Part shown: positions 48,469-62,895 of the stretch, piece by piece
Layout: each line of letters starts with the position of its first letter
Position numbering within the stretch: the first letter of the stretch is position 1
NCBI GenBank assembly: GCA_030141605.1
Contig: JAQGDQ010000556.1
Location: 62,001 to 126,000, forward strand
Source of the DNA: Tubiluchus corallicola
Lineage: Eukaryota; Animalia; Priapulida
Direction: 5' to 3'
DNA: 64,000 nt
Notes under the pieces: generated by a model
Seen by the model: the letters and a program-made list of their open reading frames with translations, nothing else
Databases searched by the model: none
Told to the model about the DNA's origin: nothing
Translations under genes and position numbers: made by a program

Positions 48469-51384
48469 TTGTTTTAATTAGCTGGATTAGATTTTCAGTA
48501 GTTCTTGCGCATGCTCACGTTTGCCGTGGCACGGGGAAGCTACAATGGTGGTTTATTACAGAAAACGACCGTCAAAATATGATCGAGTTCTCCCGTGACC
48601 TGCCATCTTTAACATAAAAACATTGAATGTCCTTTATGGTCTCTCGATGATTATTTATTCATTCTAGGAGTTTTTTACTCCAATTTGCCTCATTAGCTTT
48701 AAAATTACAGATAAAATGTAAAAAAGTTTGTACCGTGTGAAGTAAGAACATTAAAAGAAAATTTAGTAGCTAAATATCATTTGAGTGAAAATATACGTGT
48801 TTGCTTTGCGTAGCAAAATCGTCCATAAGTCGGCAATTAAGCTTTTATATTTATTTACGTATCCTGAATCTCTATTTCATGAGGATCATTTTGGTACCAA
48901 GCTCATTGCTCTGTGACTATGTTATTTCTAAGCTGAGATAATCCATGTTGAAGTTGAGGTGCAGGCTGCACACTGAAAAACAACCTTGAGAAAATCTCTG
49001 TTAAAGTCAGCCATTGTTTTTTGTCGCGTTTCTTCAAAACACTTAGCAACCGTACGAAAGTGTGGCTGCTATGGATTTTACAAGAGCAAATTGAAGTTAC
49101 GTTTATATCCAATAGATGGCTCTTCCTGACCGAGATCTAGGCTTGGAAACAGAAAAAATCCGAAGCAAAATGGCTGCTTCCACGAGCTACAATCGGAGTT
49201 TGCAAATACAAGTTTTTGCAATTGCAGTACAAGTTTTTAGCTAGCGAAGTGGGTAGGGTGTTATAAAATTAGATTTTTAGTAATTTTTAAACATTTCCTT
49301 GACAATTTGATGCTAAAATATTGAAGTCCAATATATTTAGCATTTGTTTTTTAAACTCAAAAATTGACATTTGACCAAATTTTTGGTGCATTGTAGTTAG
49401 AAAAAGAGTAAAGTTTACTGCTTAAGAAGAAAATAAACAAGCGCCATATAACTGGTTTCGCCAGAAAAAACTTAGTTAAAGAAATAGGAAACAATGAGAA
49501 TAAACAATAAGAAGTACCTGATTGGTTTGAGATAAATAGGAAATTATTGAGAGACACAAAAGGGTATTCAGTGTTTTTTTGTTTCTACAAATAAACAATT
49601 TCCATGTACGACAGTCAAGTCAGAACTCGAACATTTTTCGCACTTTTAATTTCCAAATTCGAATAACTTTTCGGCACTTGTTCAGAGACGGTGGAAATTA
49701 ACGCTTTCCTAACTGAAGTTATAATTAGTGTTCTGCATCTTCACTTTTCATTGATGATAACATGTCCACACGATACTGACCAATTCATAACAAACTAAAC
49801 ATAACACGTCCACACGATACTGACCAATTGAAAACATACTAAACGTAGTGGTAACAAATAACAACATTTGGCTAATCACAAGAAATAGAACAGCAGAGTA
49901 ATTTGCTAAGATTGTAAGAATAAAAATGTCTCCAAGTGGACATACAATAAAACGTAGTGCAGTAAGCATTAAACAATTGTCTCTTCACAGCGTTATCAGT
50001 GAGCTATCATTGACACAGTATGGTTAGCAACATGTTACCACATTTTGTATGATTATGATACTAAACAATTTACGCGGGTACTTTTGACCGCTCTATTGTT
50101 TAGTCTCAGATTTTGCTCTTTTCTCTTTTTACTTAATGGTCATGCAAACAGTCCAAACTGTGCGAAAGAGTGACCGCTTTAAGTTGCCTGTTTTCCGTTT
50201 CGCTGCTGCTTGAACCGTAACTCAAGATTCGCTTTCGGCAGAAAGGGGTCAGTTTGGTGGCACCAGTTCAAAACTGTTGTGTTATGTATTTACACACGTA
50301 AATTATGTCACTGATTTAGTTGCTGTTTCTCCTTTTTCTGCATGCCTTTAGTACTTATTTACAAACTATAGATAGGTGGACATGTCATTTTAAAAAATCT
50401 CTTGTGTATTTTAAATAGGCAAATTGCCTTTATCATAATTGCTTCTGCTGTAAAATTACTATCTGATTCATTTGTCATAGGAACTAATTGTTCTGATTGC
50501 CTGACGCATTAGTTTCTTCTTGTTATCAATAAAATGAATTTTTTTATACCTCGACATTGATATTTTTCAAGTTTTTTGTCCTTTAGTCCTTATCGTAACC
50601 AGGTAGACAGATCGCTTTTCTACGAGCAAGCACTGTTACTATTAAACCATCATTTTATAACATGAGAACGTCCGCGTAACTCGACAACTTAAAGCGGAAT
50701 ACCTGGGCTAACCGAACAGCCAAAATTTTGTCTACGTGGCTTCAATCACATGATATAGTAGTAATGCATAAACAGTGTCAATGAATGTACAGATGAAATC
50801 TGATTTCAGAACAGGTTGGCTTCTGTCATTATACCGTTAAACATCTTAACTAAACTTCTTTTATAAATGGTGGAATTATAACAGTAGGAACTAGTTACTT
50901 AACCTGGTCTAAAATAAGCCTGAGCGTCATAACCACGTCTGTTGCATTTTCACTATCACATTAGGCTAACGCGATTCTTAGCTTTGAGATAATCACCTTG
51001 GATTGAAATTGAAATGTGGAATCGCTTGACCCAAAGACAAGCTATCTGTGATGAGCCCAGGACGTTGTCAACGAACCAGCTGCCACGATGCTCACCTGAA
51101 GGCTTCACTATTTATTAACAAAGGAAAAACTGATTTTGTGATAATAGTAACATCTTTTTATTGAGCCAATAAATAAGAATTCACAAAACAGAAGTAATTA
51201 CACACTTAAACAAGACAGGAATTGCTAAAACCTCACTGGAACACTCGTCTCAAGGATCAGGTATCTGGCTACAAAGTGTGGAGTGCCATGATTATTTACA
51301 GATACAAAATTACAGATATACAATGCAGCAATTATCACATTAGTCCTCTGGTCCACATTATGAGGCTTGACCACTCATAAAATA

Positions 51385-54300
51385 TTATGACAAGGGCTTC
51401 CAATTCGGTGGATAATAATCTTCCGGATGAAATTGTTGTTGAATTTTACTCCCTGCCTGCATCCCATCGGCAAAGTATATCACATCGCCGCCTGTCATAT
51501 ATGCAGACCACCATCCAAAAGTACCGGTGGTAATCACCATGTGTTCACACTTTTGTAGTAATAACATATCCACTTCGGGCGGTTCATTCCCGTCCATAAA
51601 TATCACATTGTCACCAGCGATGTTTTCCTTGCACCATTGGATTTCATTACTGCACACAACAAATGCCACATCACCGTACCTTTGTTTGTACTCGTCCATT
51701 GCTTTTTGTAAATATTCTGCGCCAGCAGCAACGTATCCCTGTTGCACTTTGGATGCTTCGAGAATGTTTCCTCTTCGAACGTGGACACCGATTACTGAGC
51801 CTGCTTGACGCTGCTTGAGAACGGGATAAACCTTGTCTAGCCATATATTGTCGGCTCTTTTTTGTATGTGCTCGTTGAAGGAGAACTCGTTTTTCAATTG
51901 ATCAATGTATCTATTAAAATATTTGTATGACTGAAGATAACCGCTCAGTGCAATGTTGCGTCCTGGTAGCTGTTCTGTAACTGATTCGTATCTAGAAGCT
52001 TCCGGAAGTGACATTATCTGATAGTCAGTAACAGGTAACGTAGGAGGCCCCGGGATGCGCAGAGCAGATGGCAAATCAAAGAACTCCAAGAGACGAGCCT
52101 CATTGGAAATTATAATATTGCGATTATTTTGGCGCGCTACACCTAGTAGGGAGGCATACTGAAACAGAAGATTACCTAAACCGGCATTCGGTCGAAAAGC
52201 TACAGTGAGATTATATGTTGCAGTTGCTCTTTCTGTATTCTTATTTGAAGTGATAACTTCATTTAGATTTTGTGCCATGCCTCTCTGCCCCTGATTACTT
52301 TCAGTGCTTATCTTTTGCACAGATGGTGGAACCATTGGCTTAACTTGTAAATGATTCTCAGTACTCTTTTGTGCCACACCAAGATGCTTGGCCACTTCGC
52401 TTGCTGACGGATTGTATTTTGCTATTTGTGGGTTTTGTATGTTTGATCTTACTGAATTAACTACAGGACTGCCATACCTTGACATTGTATTGCTGTTGTT
52501 GGTGTCAAAACTAGCTGCACTTCTGTATGTTTCCCTGTTTTGGCTATATGCTTCTGGTTCAAATGATTTCTCCTGATTTGACACTAAGTTAAAAATGTTC
52601 CTTTGAGGTGCAGGCTCTCTGTGGTCAAACATTCCCACAATTTTGTAATTCTGCTTTTGTTGACTTTCTCCAGTAGGTAAATTGCTATGGAGATTGCCTT
52701 CTAACTGTTCGTTTGTTTGATCAACTGGCATTTCAGGCCAATTGTTTGTTTGATACTGATGCTGAGTTTGATAGAAATGGTTTGGCTGATATGGACTACC
52801 TTTTTCCTGAAAAATGTTAGCTTGTTTTTCATTACTAGTTGGCAGATATTTGGTTTGTCGGTAATTTGGCTCATTTTGGATATCGGCTTGGTTTCTGTGG
52901 CTACTGTATTGGCTGTACATTTCATATTTGGTAGCATGTGTATTGGGAAATGATGCATATGGCTGATTACTGTCTGAATAATATTTATCGTGTAAAGTTT
53001 GTTTCTGCTGTGTCATGTCTGAGCCGTATTTTCTCCCTAGTTCCGCGATTCCTTGTTCTGCATAGACACTACTTTCTCTTTCTCTTTGATCTTCATTTTG
53101 TTTTTGTTTGAAAACTTGATGTTGATAATCCATATTTTGATTTACTGAGTACAAACTATTGTTGTTTATTGTTCCACTGTCTTGTTGTTTTTCACTATCT
53201 CTCCTAATCTGGCTTGAGTAATACGCGTTCCTTAATGCTGGCTGTGCCCCGAATGCTTCTGAATTATATTGTCTGCCTAAATATGGTATTCTGACAAGTT
53301 GGGCATTTGATTCACTACTTCTTTCTTTTTGTTCTTTCGTGTCATGGTTGTATACCTGGTGTTGATAATTCGCTTTCTGATTGCCTGAGTATAATCTATC
53401 TAATAGCTCACTGTCTCGTTGTTGTGTGTCGTCATTACTTCCATTATCTGTTTCATACTGATCATTATTATTATTATCATTATTATTATTAATATTACTT
53501 GCTTGATGCTGATAGTAGTTAGAAGACCAATCCTGAGAGCTTTCTCGGTTTTCGATTGCCTGTTGGTTTGAAGCTTGATATTGGTTGCTGATATATTGAC
53601 TGTTTGGATAATAATCAAGCTGATACTTCTGTGTTTCCTGATTGCCAACATCTGGGTTGCTGTAGTAGTTTTGGTTGTTGGTCTTGTAGAGGTTCTCGTG
53701 ATTTCGGTACGGATCAGGAACTTGCGCAAATCCTTGGTGCGTATTTGCAAAACCGTAGCTGGTCGCAGGATATTTGACGGGTTGATTTCGAAGATCTTTC
53801 AGAGGGGAAAATGAAGGACTTACGAAGGGTTTGCTTCTTGGCACATCCTTTAAATTATTTGTGTACAACATGGGGTTAGAACCTGCTGGTTGGGAATAAT
53901 AACTATTGTCTCCTGCGTGCTGATTTGCTGATTGGGAGTAATAGTTATCTTCTCCTACATATTGTTTGTTTTTGTCATTGTTTCCATACGAGTCAATGAT
54001 TATATCATGTTCTGCATATTGTTGACGACTGTTGGTATCTTCATGTGAAGGTTGGCTAGATTTTCTTGCTTCTGCATATAATTCCTTTCTGTTGGAATTG
54101 CTATCCAAGGAATAATCGGGTCTGTTTCCTCTTGCATATGATGCCTTTCTGTCGACATCTACATGGGTGTAATAACTGGGTTGATGTCCTCCTATTGCAA
54201 TGTGCTGATTTGCATTATTTTCTTCGGATGCGTAATAGAGTGAGTTATTTTCACCTTCAGAAGATCGTCGTCTGTCAGAGTCATCGTGCAAGTAGTGATT

Positions 54301-55238
54301 GTTCCCAATTCCAGTTCCATATTGTTGGTTTCTGTACGAATCTGCATCTTGCTCAGCATTGTCATTATTATTCATTTGAAAAGGAGGCACGGCATTTGAT
54401 GCAATTACATTTTGGGAGGACGAGCTCCCTGCATACTCCGGGTGATAGCTAGAACCACCATATTGTGAACTAATCCTCGGTGGACTGTACGCACCATAAC
54501 CAACTTGTTCATCTATATCTGGCTGTTTATTGTATTGAAATGCACCACCGAGTTCTTGAGTATCATACCTACCATACTTGTCTAGGTTTGTCATGAAGTA
54601 GCCGTTTCTATGCCTTATATCTTCATTTTCTTCTTTGTAAGATCTTATAGCTTGTCTTGCATCGTCATTTTCAAAATCATCCCTTGAATTTTCCTCAAAC
54701 TCGTCATCATCCCTTTCACTTGTCATGTGATTACCACCACCTGCAAAGTCACTATTCACGTTTTCAAACATCCTTTCTCGTGGTTCAGTGCTCCGGTGTG
54801 GCTCATCTCCATCTGCAAAGTCATTTGCTTGTCTCCCATCAGCACCGATATGAGGATTTAAATTTTGATTGCTCTGTTGGCCATGGTATATCCATGGCTG
54901 GTTGCTGTCTTGCTTCTGGTATTTCTCATACCCTTTGTCTTGTTTGTATTCAGAGAACTCGTCATTATCTTCTTTTGTAGTTTTGCCAAAATCTGTGGTG
55001 GCTTCTCTTTTCCTGTTTTTTTCCTGTTGCCGACTGGCTTCATCTTTAGTGTAATATTCCACCTTCCAATTTTTCACATCCGGATGTTCTTTGGCTGATT
55101 CACGGTGTTCTGCTTCTTGCTTGCTATCAATGCTCCTCTTGACGACGTCGACCGTTGCCTTAGTTTTGTCACGATTGCTTACTCTTGAGAGCATGTGTAA
55201 TGCAAACACCGAGGCAATCACAATGAAAAACAGCTTGT
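51385..55238 (-). CDS. GT11 alpha-1,2-fucosyltransferase (FUT1/FUT2-like) main exon: TM anchor, very long stem, catalytic domain
   Basis: Minus-strand acceptor tttttcag at 55239 and a 3854-nt open frame. GT11 motifs: GLGNLLFQYASL, GYLQSYKYF, IGVHVRRG, DMLLLQKCEHMVITTGTFGWWSAY and DYYPPNW. Confidence 0.93.
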
Positions 55239-55336
55239 CTGAAAAACAAAAATAAGACAAGGCTCACGTGATATGAGTATTTTATCTTAATATCAAGATT
55301 GTTATAAAATAATGATGCCGGCCAATGTGATTTAGA

Positions 55337-55398
55337 ATACAATCGGGATTTGAACCAGGAACTTGCTACAAGGTACATGCCATAACCACTGGACTACC
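55337..55398 (-). mobile_element. Degenerate tRNA-derived SINE head
   Basis: Minus strand reads GGTAGTCCAGTGGTTA (A box) ... GGTTCAAATCCCG (B box). Confidence 0.4.
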
Positions 55399-56486
55399 AT
55401 GTTCCTCAGCAATCATGGCCGTTCAAAATTCGCTTGTATGGCTAGCCAGTGAGTTTATCATTTCCAATGTTAGGTCAATTATGATGGTAAGTGTTCTAAC
55501 TAATTAGATTAATTTTGAGCCAGAATTTCCCTTAAGTGATTAAAATTGATCTAATTACTCTGTGATACCTGCCCAGCAAGCAAAAGATCATTGGTTCAAA
55601 TCCAGGTTGTGCTTAAACATTTTCGCGATTCCCGCTTTTCAAATTTGGTTTCATAATTCAATCACTTTGTGACCTCAGTCTTGCACCTCAGGTAATATAA
55701 AGTTCTGAAAAACACTGGCTGTTACACAAATCAGAGTGTTGTGAAATGCTTGTAATTGAAAAACAGAATAGGAAATATTGGAAGGATATTGTATAGGAAA
55801 CGTAACAAACATGTAATTTGAATATTGTAGTTATATTTGAAGATCAGATGTTGAACGGTCTCTTTTCTTAGCTGCAACTTTCTCATGGAGAGACAACTGT
55901 GAAAAATTAAGCTGTTGTAATTCGCTTACAGTCACTGAACTTGCATTTCTTGGGGATGCAAGGCGTCCATTATTAAATAATTTATGTTCTAAGTACACAC
56001 GCTAAGTTTACATTTCATCACATCAAAGAATATGACGTATGACATGGCTATTCTTACTGTGATAGAGACAGCACTTTTTTACCTAGCAGCAGACGCTAGC
56101 GTACAGCGTGTTATCTCAGACATGTGCGCATGGCCGCATGCGCATAACAGCCAAACATCACGTTGCTTGAGCTATGAAGCAAATTGTACTTCCCTCACGT
56201 ACACCGGTTCCACACAAGTATAAAGAAAACTAGTTAAAGGAAACGACTTATATTGAATATTGTCGATAATAATGAGTGACAACAGGGGGTGCTGCAGCAA
56301 CAAAGTACTTATACACGAGCCACCACTCTCTATGAAATCATTGTAATTTTTATTTCAAGATTATAAATAATGTTAAAGGGCACTCAAAATCCATCACAAA
56401 GGCTGACCCACAAACCACGTGACCGTGTCACTCAGCCCCGTTCCTGGAGCACATCATGGACCCACACTACAACATGGCGACATGTA

Positions 56487-56992
56487 CCGTATTTTCCCAT
56501 GTATAAGAGACCCTTTTTTGCTCAGAATTTTCACTGTAAAAATAGGGAGTCTCTTATACATGGGAGTAAGTCTTTTCAATAAGATGCATAAATTGTGACA
56601 CTAATGATTTTAAAGAAATAAGTGCTCTACAACTGTTTTATTTCGAATAATTATAGTTTCCTTTCAATAAATCTTCTCCATGGCTAAATTCTAATGATAA
56701 AATTAATGTACCGGGTAAGTTATTATTTTTTTTAAATGTCTCTTTGGTATTGGAGAGAAATCGATTGTCCTGCAGCCAATCAACGCATCTGCATAAGCTC
56801 TCTGCATGCCCGTCGACGTCATTGATACGTCGGCAGAGGTCAACGAGATGAGTCAGCCTAAGCAAGGCGTGTGAATAAAGTTGATGATGAATAATGATAT
56901 TCATTACCAAAAAAACTTTTTTCCAGAATTTTTGCCTAAAAATTGAAGGGGTCTCTTATACACAAGGGTCTCTTATACATGGGAAAATACGG
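56487..56992. mobile_element. Tc1/mariner-type MITE
   Basis: Perfect 27-bp TIR ccgtattttcccatgtataagagaccc, flanked by TA. Confidence 0.92.
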
Positions 56993-57079
56993 TAATTCAA
57001 AGCTGCCCTGGTGTTAATTCTCCCTGCATATTAGAAGAAACCGTTATTATTTTCACGCATGAAGTCTAAGATATATTAA

Positions 57080-57711
57080 CCCTTATAGGGTCACCGAGGG
57101 GTAAAAAATTACCCCCAGACCGGCTTTTTGCATTTTACCCTTTTACCATAGACATCCAAGTAAACCTTTTCTATGACTTTTTCTAAATATGTTTTGTGCA
57201 CAAAATACTTTCAGTTATTTATTTTAAGCGCATTGTCTCACCACGATATAAAAGTGAAAATGCAATATGTCGATTTTTTAAAATTGTCGAAACTTTGCTT
57301 CGCTTGCCTTGTTAGGTGGCAAGCTGTGCTGAAAATCGGCGTGGTTGTTTTGTGGCCAAATTTTTTATCAGTTACTCAAATTAATTCACCTAATAGAAGA
57401 AAGCTGTAGACAATAAATTCAAAATAACAATGATTTTTGCACACGCGTTAGCAATGTCGGTTGTCTACAGTTATTCCAGCATAGATAAGGGAACGTAACT
57501 AAGTGAATTTAAATTTCGTATTACTAGTAAGTCACATGTGTTTAAGCAGAGGTATAATGTATCCTATGGTGGTCAGCATAACCACAAATTATGCTGTTAT
57601 GTTTACTAATAAAACACGCCGGTTTATCAAAAGTAATTTACGAATTACGGTGGGTAGTCCCCCCCCCCCCGTTACCAAAATCCGTTGTAAAAAATCGTGA
57701 CCCTATAAGGG
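57080..57711. mobile_element. piggyBac-type MITE
   Basis: TTAA|CCCTTATAGGGTCAC ... GTGACCCTATAAGGG|TTAA. Confidence 0.9.
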
Positions 57712-57886
57712 TTAAATTATGCGTGTTCATAGTATAGATATGGACAGTAGTATATGGACATGTAGTATAAATAATGTGCGATTGGCCTTCATTTGGCTAA
57801 ATCTTTGTGCTATGTTTACTTATTTGATTCAGTCTGAAATATATATTAAAATTTCACAACTTGAAACCAAAACGTATGAACTAGAC

Positions 57887-58897
<1,011 letters not shown>

Positions 58898-59244
58898 CAC
58901 TAGACAGATACAGAGGACGTTTTAGCTCTTATGCATATCCAGTAAAACAGTAGGCCTAAATGATTACAATTTACGTAAACTTATTAAATTTTCAATATTG
59001 CCAGTAGATTGATGATTAATTGATCGTTTATCGATTAAAAAGAATTACATAATGCAGGCCGAACAGTATCATAGTAGATTAGTTACCTTAAATTACTTTC
59101 AGCAGTAATTTTACTTTCTGTACATTGTCGATATGTTTTACGGTGTCTTTAATGGACATATAAGCCTCGACTTCAGTTCATAGATGTATTATAGATAAAG
59201 AAAATAAAATAAATAAAAATAAATTCTGTAACAACTTGACCTAC

Positions 59245-59290
59245 CTCTCGAACTTGCCCGTATCCAGAATCTACGGATCTGTGTTTGCAT
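59245..59290 (-). CDS. First coding exon of the GT11 fucosyltransferase (cytoplasmic tail)
   Basis: Minus strand ATG..MQTQIRRFWIRASSR G|GTAGGT is phase 1 and joins (D)KLFFIVIASVFALHML, giving a basic tail plus TM typical of type II Golgi enzymes. Confidence 0.7.
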
Positions 59291-59585
59291 ATTGGCAAGT
59301 GTTTGCCTGTCTTTTACCGTCGACTTGCCTTAATTAAGCCTGCCAATTAATCACAGCAGCAAATTAGCAGCACATAGTTACGCATGGCAATAACTACATT
59401 TCCTTGTTCGAGAAAAGGATAAAGAACTGTGTTCCTGAAGCATTATTGCTTGGAGTTCAGATGCAAAAATGATGTGCAAACTATCACCACGCATGGCCGG
59501 GCGGCAGAGGTTGTTCAACCCAAACTGGTTGTAGGTAGAATGCTGCTCGTTCCAGTGGTTGAAATGTATTGTGTAAGATGTGGTA

Positions 59586-60532
59586 CGGGCCTACAATGAT
59601 GGACTGTTTTGATGGTTACATGTAAGACACTGTAAGGGCCTACAATGATGGACTGTTTTGATGATTACGTGTGAGACACTGTAAGGGCCTACAATGATGG
59701 ACTGTTTTGATGGTTACGTGTGAGACACTGTAAGGGCCTACACTGATGGACTGTTTTGATGATTATGTGTAAGACACTGTAAGGGCCTACAATGATGGAC
59801 TGTTTTGATGATTACATGTAAGACACAGTAAGGGCCTACAATGATGGACTGTTTTGATGGTTACATGTAAGACACAGTAAGGGCCTACAATGATGGACTG
59901 TTTTGATGATTATGTGTAAGACACTGTAAGGGCCTACATTGATGGACTGTTTTGATGGTTACGTGTAAGACACTGTAAGGGCCTACAATGATGGACTGTT
60001 TTGATGATTACGTGTAAGACACTGTAAGGGCCTACAATGATGGACTGTTTTGATGGTTACGTGTGAGACACTGTAAGGGCCTACAATGATGGACTGTTTT
60101 GATGATTACGTGTAAGACACTGTAAGGGCCTACAATGATGGACTGTTTTGATGATTACGTGTAAGACACAGTAAGGGCCTACAATGATGGACTGTTTTGA
60201 TGGTTACATGTAAGACACTGTAAGGGCCTACAATGATGGACTGTTTTGATGATTACATGTAAGACACTGTAAGGGCCTACATTGATGGACTGTTTTGATG
60301 ATTACGTGTAAGACACTGTAAGGGCCTACAATGATGGACTGTTTTGATGATTACATGTAAGACACTGTAAGGGCCTACATTGATGGACTGTTTTGATGAT
60401 TACATGTAAGACACTGTAAGGGCCTACATTGATGGTCTGTTTTGATGATTACATGTAAGACACTGTAAGGTCCTACAATGATGGACTGTTTTGATAATTA
60501 CGTGTAAGACACTGTAAGGGCCTGCACTGATG
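59586..60532. repeat. 49-bp minisatellite, ~19 copies
   Basis: Unit agggcctacaatgatggactgttttgatgattacgtgtaagacactgta, decaying into degenerate copies to ~60710. Confidence 0.96.
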
Positions 60533-60789
60533 ATGAATTCCTTAATTTATTTTGGTGCATTATGGACTGTTTTGTTGTATTACATATGAAATCTTGTAAG
60601 GTCCTGCAGATATTAATGGACTATTTTAATGTATTATACACATATGTATTAATTGTGTATTTTGATGTATTATTACACATGGGATGCTGTAAGGACGTAC
60701 ACTGATGCATGTTTTAATTAAAACCGGGTAAATCCAAACTCAAACTTTGGAAGAAATTAAATTCTGGAATGTTTCATAGATGAAAAGTC

Positions 60790-61300
60790 CAGTCTTTGTA
60801 TTGGAGGCGCCGCACACACGTGATATTTGTCAAGATTCACACAAACGTACACACTTTCACGCCGTCTAAGATCATCTGGTACTTATCGTTACAACCTAGA
60901 ACTACTCTTGTTTCAGCTGGAAGTAGATCTTTTACCAGTGCTGCCATCTCGTTTTTGGAATGTGCATTCAGATGAGGTCGAAGACTCCCAGTATTGCTGC
61001 TTCTAAACGTGAATTTAAAACGTTTTTATTCTTAAAAGCTTTTTTTTCAGTTTTTTGTTTTTTTTAATTTGTGTCTGAATAAAGTAGTAGAGTTAGTCTT
61101 TGAAGTTTATACGTAATTGTAGTCGTTAAAAATATTATGGATGTAAATTTTCTTGTTGTTTACAAAGATTTCCTGTAAATTTCAAGTGTTTGTACAGCAA
61201 AAAGCATTTTTAAATGGATTTTAGGCATTAAAATTGTTGTTGTTGTTGTTGTTGTTGTTGCTGCTGTTGTTGTTGCTGTTGTTGTTGTTGTTATTATTAT
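60790..61300 (+). mobile_element. L2/CR1-group LINE 3' remnant with simple-repeat tail
   Basis: Frameshifted peptides SRRLRSSG, PRTTLVSAGSRSFTSAA, FWN and KREFKTFLFLKAF resemble L2 ORF2 C-termini. A (GTT)n/(ATT)n run lies at ~61234-61300. Confidence 0.55.
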
Positions 61301-62805
61301 CCACACAATTTTTATGTGATTATATATTTGTTTATTGAAACACCATTAGATGTTGGGCTGCCGTCCGCTGATAGCAGAGGCAGGACGGATGGCACCGCGG
61401 CCCACACCGTACGGCATATCTTAATTACGTCATTCAACTCCTCACCCTTAAACAAAAATTGAATAATAGAGTCAGTCGAAATACGAAATGAAAATTTATT
61501 ATTGAATATTACACTTTAAATAGGGAATGACCAGCTTACCTACAGGAACAAAGTTTGCGACAAAAGCCAGAGAAATGTGAACAGAGCTGCACATGCTACG
61601 AAAGACACGACCACTGACAAGGGTCTACAGCAGACCTTCCATTTTTAAAAGCTCAAGGATGCACGTGACTAGTGACCTTTACTAACACAAGGTCAGAATA
61701 TGAGTCTGTGATAGATGAAGCCACGTTCACATGCACAACGGAGAAGTCTACTGGATTTCCTTGCCAACATTACATTTCATTTCCTCAATCTTAGCCCTGA
61801 AGTACAATAGAAACAAATAACGTGTCAGCTGCGAATAAACATAGCATATTAAATCAACAGTGAGAGTCGTTTACTGCAAACAAAATCCTCTTAAAAAGGA
61901 ACATTGTGGCTCGAGATTATAAGACGTTGCAGTTAATTCATACAAGATGTACTGGAAATCTTGCATTAGCGTACTTGGCGGCCTTCGCTTGTTGTTGGCT
62001 TTGGCCACCTTGTGGTGATTTTTGGCCTAATCACGTGATCAATTTGATCTGGATCAGAGGCCTATTGTGAAGTGAAGACGTGTCATGATAAGTTAATAAG
62101 ATATTGTCGTTATCTGTTTACAATTGCTCATGATTTGGGGCTAACAACGTATGTATATCCTGAATTACTTAAAAAAAACTTAAATTTAGTTTAAAATAAC
62201 AGCTAGGTATTAATTAATACGATAGTGTAGCGTATGACTCTTAATTATGTAAAATTGACTTTTGGCTAATGTTATTTTTTCGTTATTTGTTTATTTGCTA
62301 TTTTTTGGCACTAATTTCTTATTATGTTTAGTTGGAATAATATGTTCCGGGTAATAAAGAGCAAAGAAAGAGTCAAATTTAATCGAAGCTTCGAATTTCT
62401 GTTTGGTTTTGAAAACCCAAACAGAAGTGATAAAAATAATTATCACAACCATGTTGCACATAGGAGTAATAATAACTCAAATTCCAATTCCATTCAATTT
62501 TTTATGAGGCTGACTCCAGAAAAAGTACAATATTCTTACATAATTAGATATCTTGTCTTATCGTTTATCTCGTTAAAACGAGACAAATTTATCCGCATTG
62601 TCGTTTGGTATGACAGAGAACGAATTTTGATAAAAAAAATTAAAATTATTAAGAAGTGTCAAAGTAAAAATAATTCGTTGTATTGGTTGTGTATAGCTGA
62701 TTATTAGTGTTTTAGGAATGGCAAAACTATGAGGAGGTCAGATTACAAAACTACGCGTTTATTAAACATCAAACACAATAAATATAACAGATAGTAATGC
62801 CAAGC

Positions 62806-62895
62806 CCCCTGATCTATCCTGCTTTCCTTCAGCTCCCAGACTCAATCCCCTGATCTAGCGTGCTCTCCTTCAGCTCCCAGACTCAATCCCCTGAG
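62806..62895. repeat. 41-bp direct repeat x2
   Basis: cccctgatcta...tgct.tccttcagctcccagactcaat occurs twice. Confidence 0.8.

Noticed and set aside
61540-61645. TM-like peptide on the minus strand as an alternative fucosyltransferase N-terminus
   Set aside because: It is bounded by stops in that frame with no ATG. At most it is a 5' UTR exon (donor GTAAGC nearby).
62324-62707. 127-aa ORF
   Set aside because: Very AT-rich, with no recognisable domain or splice support.
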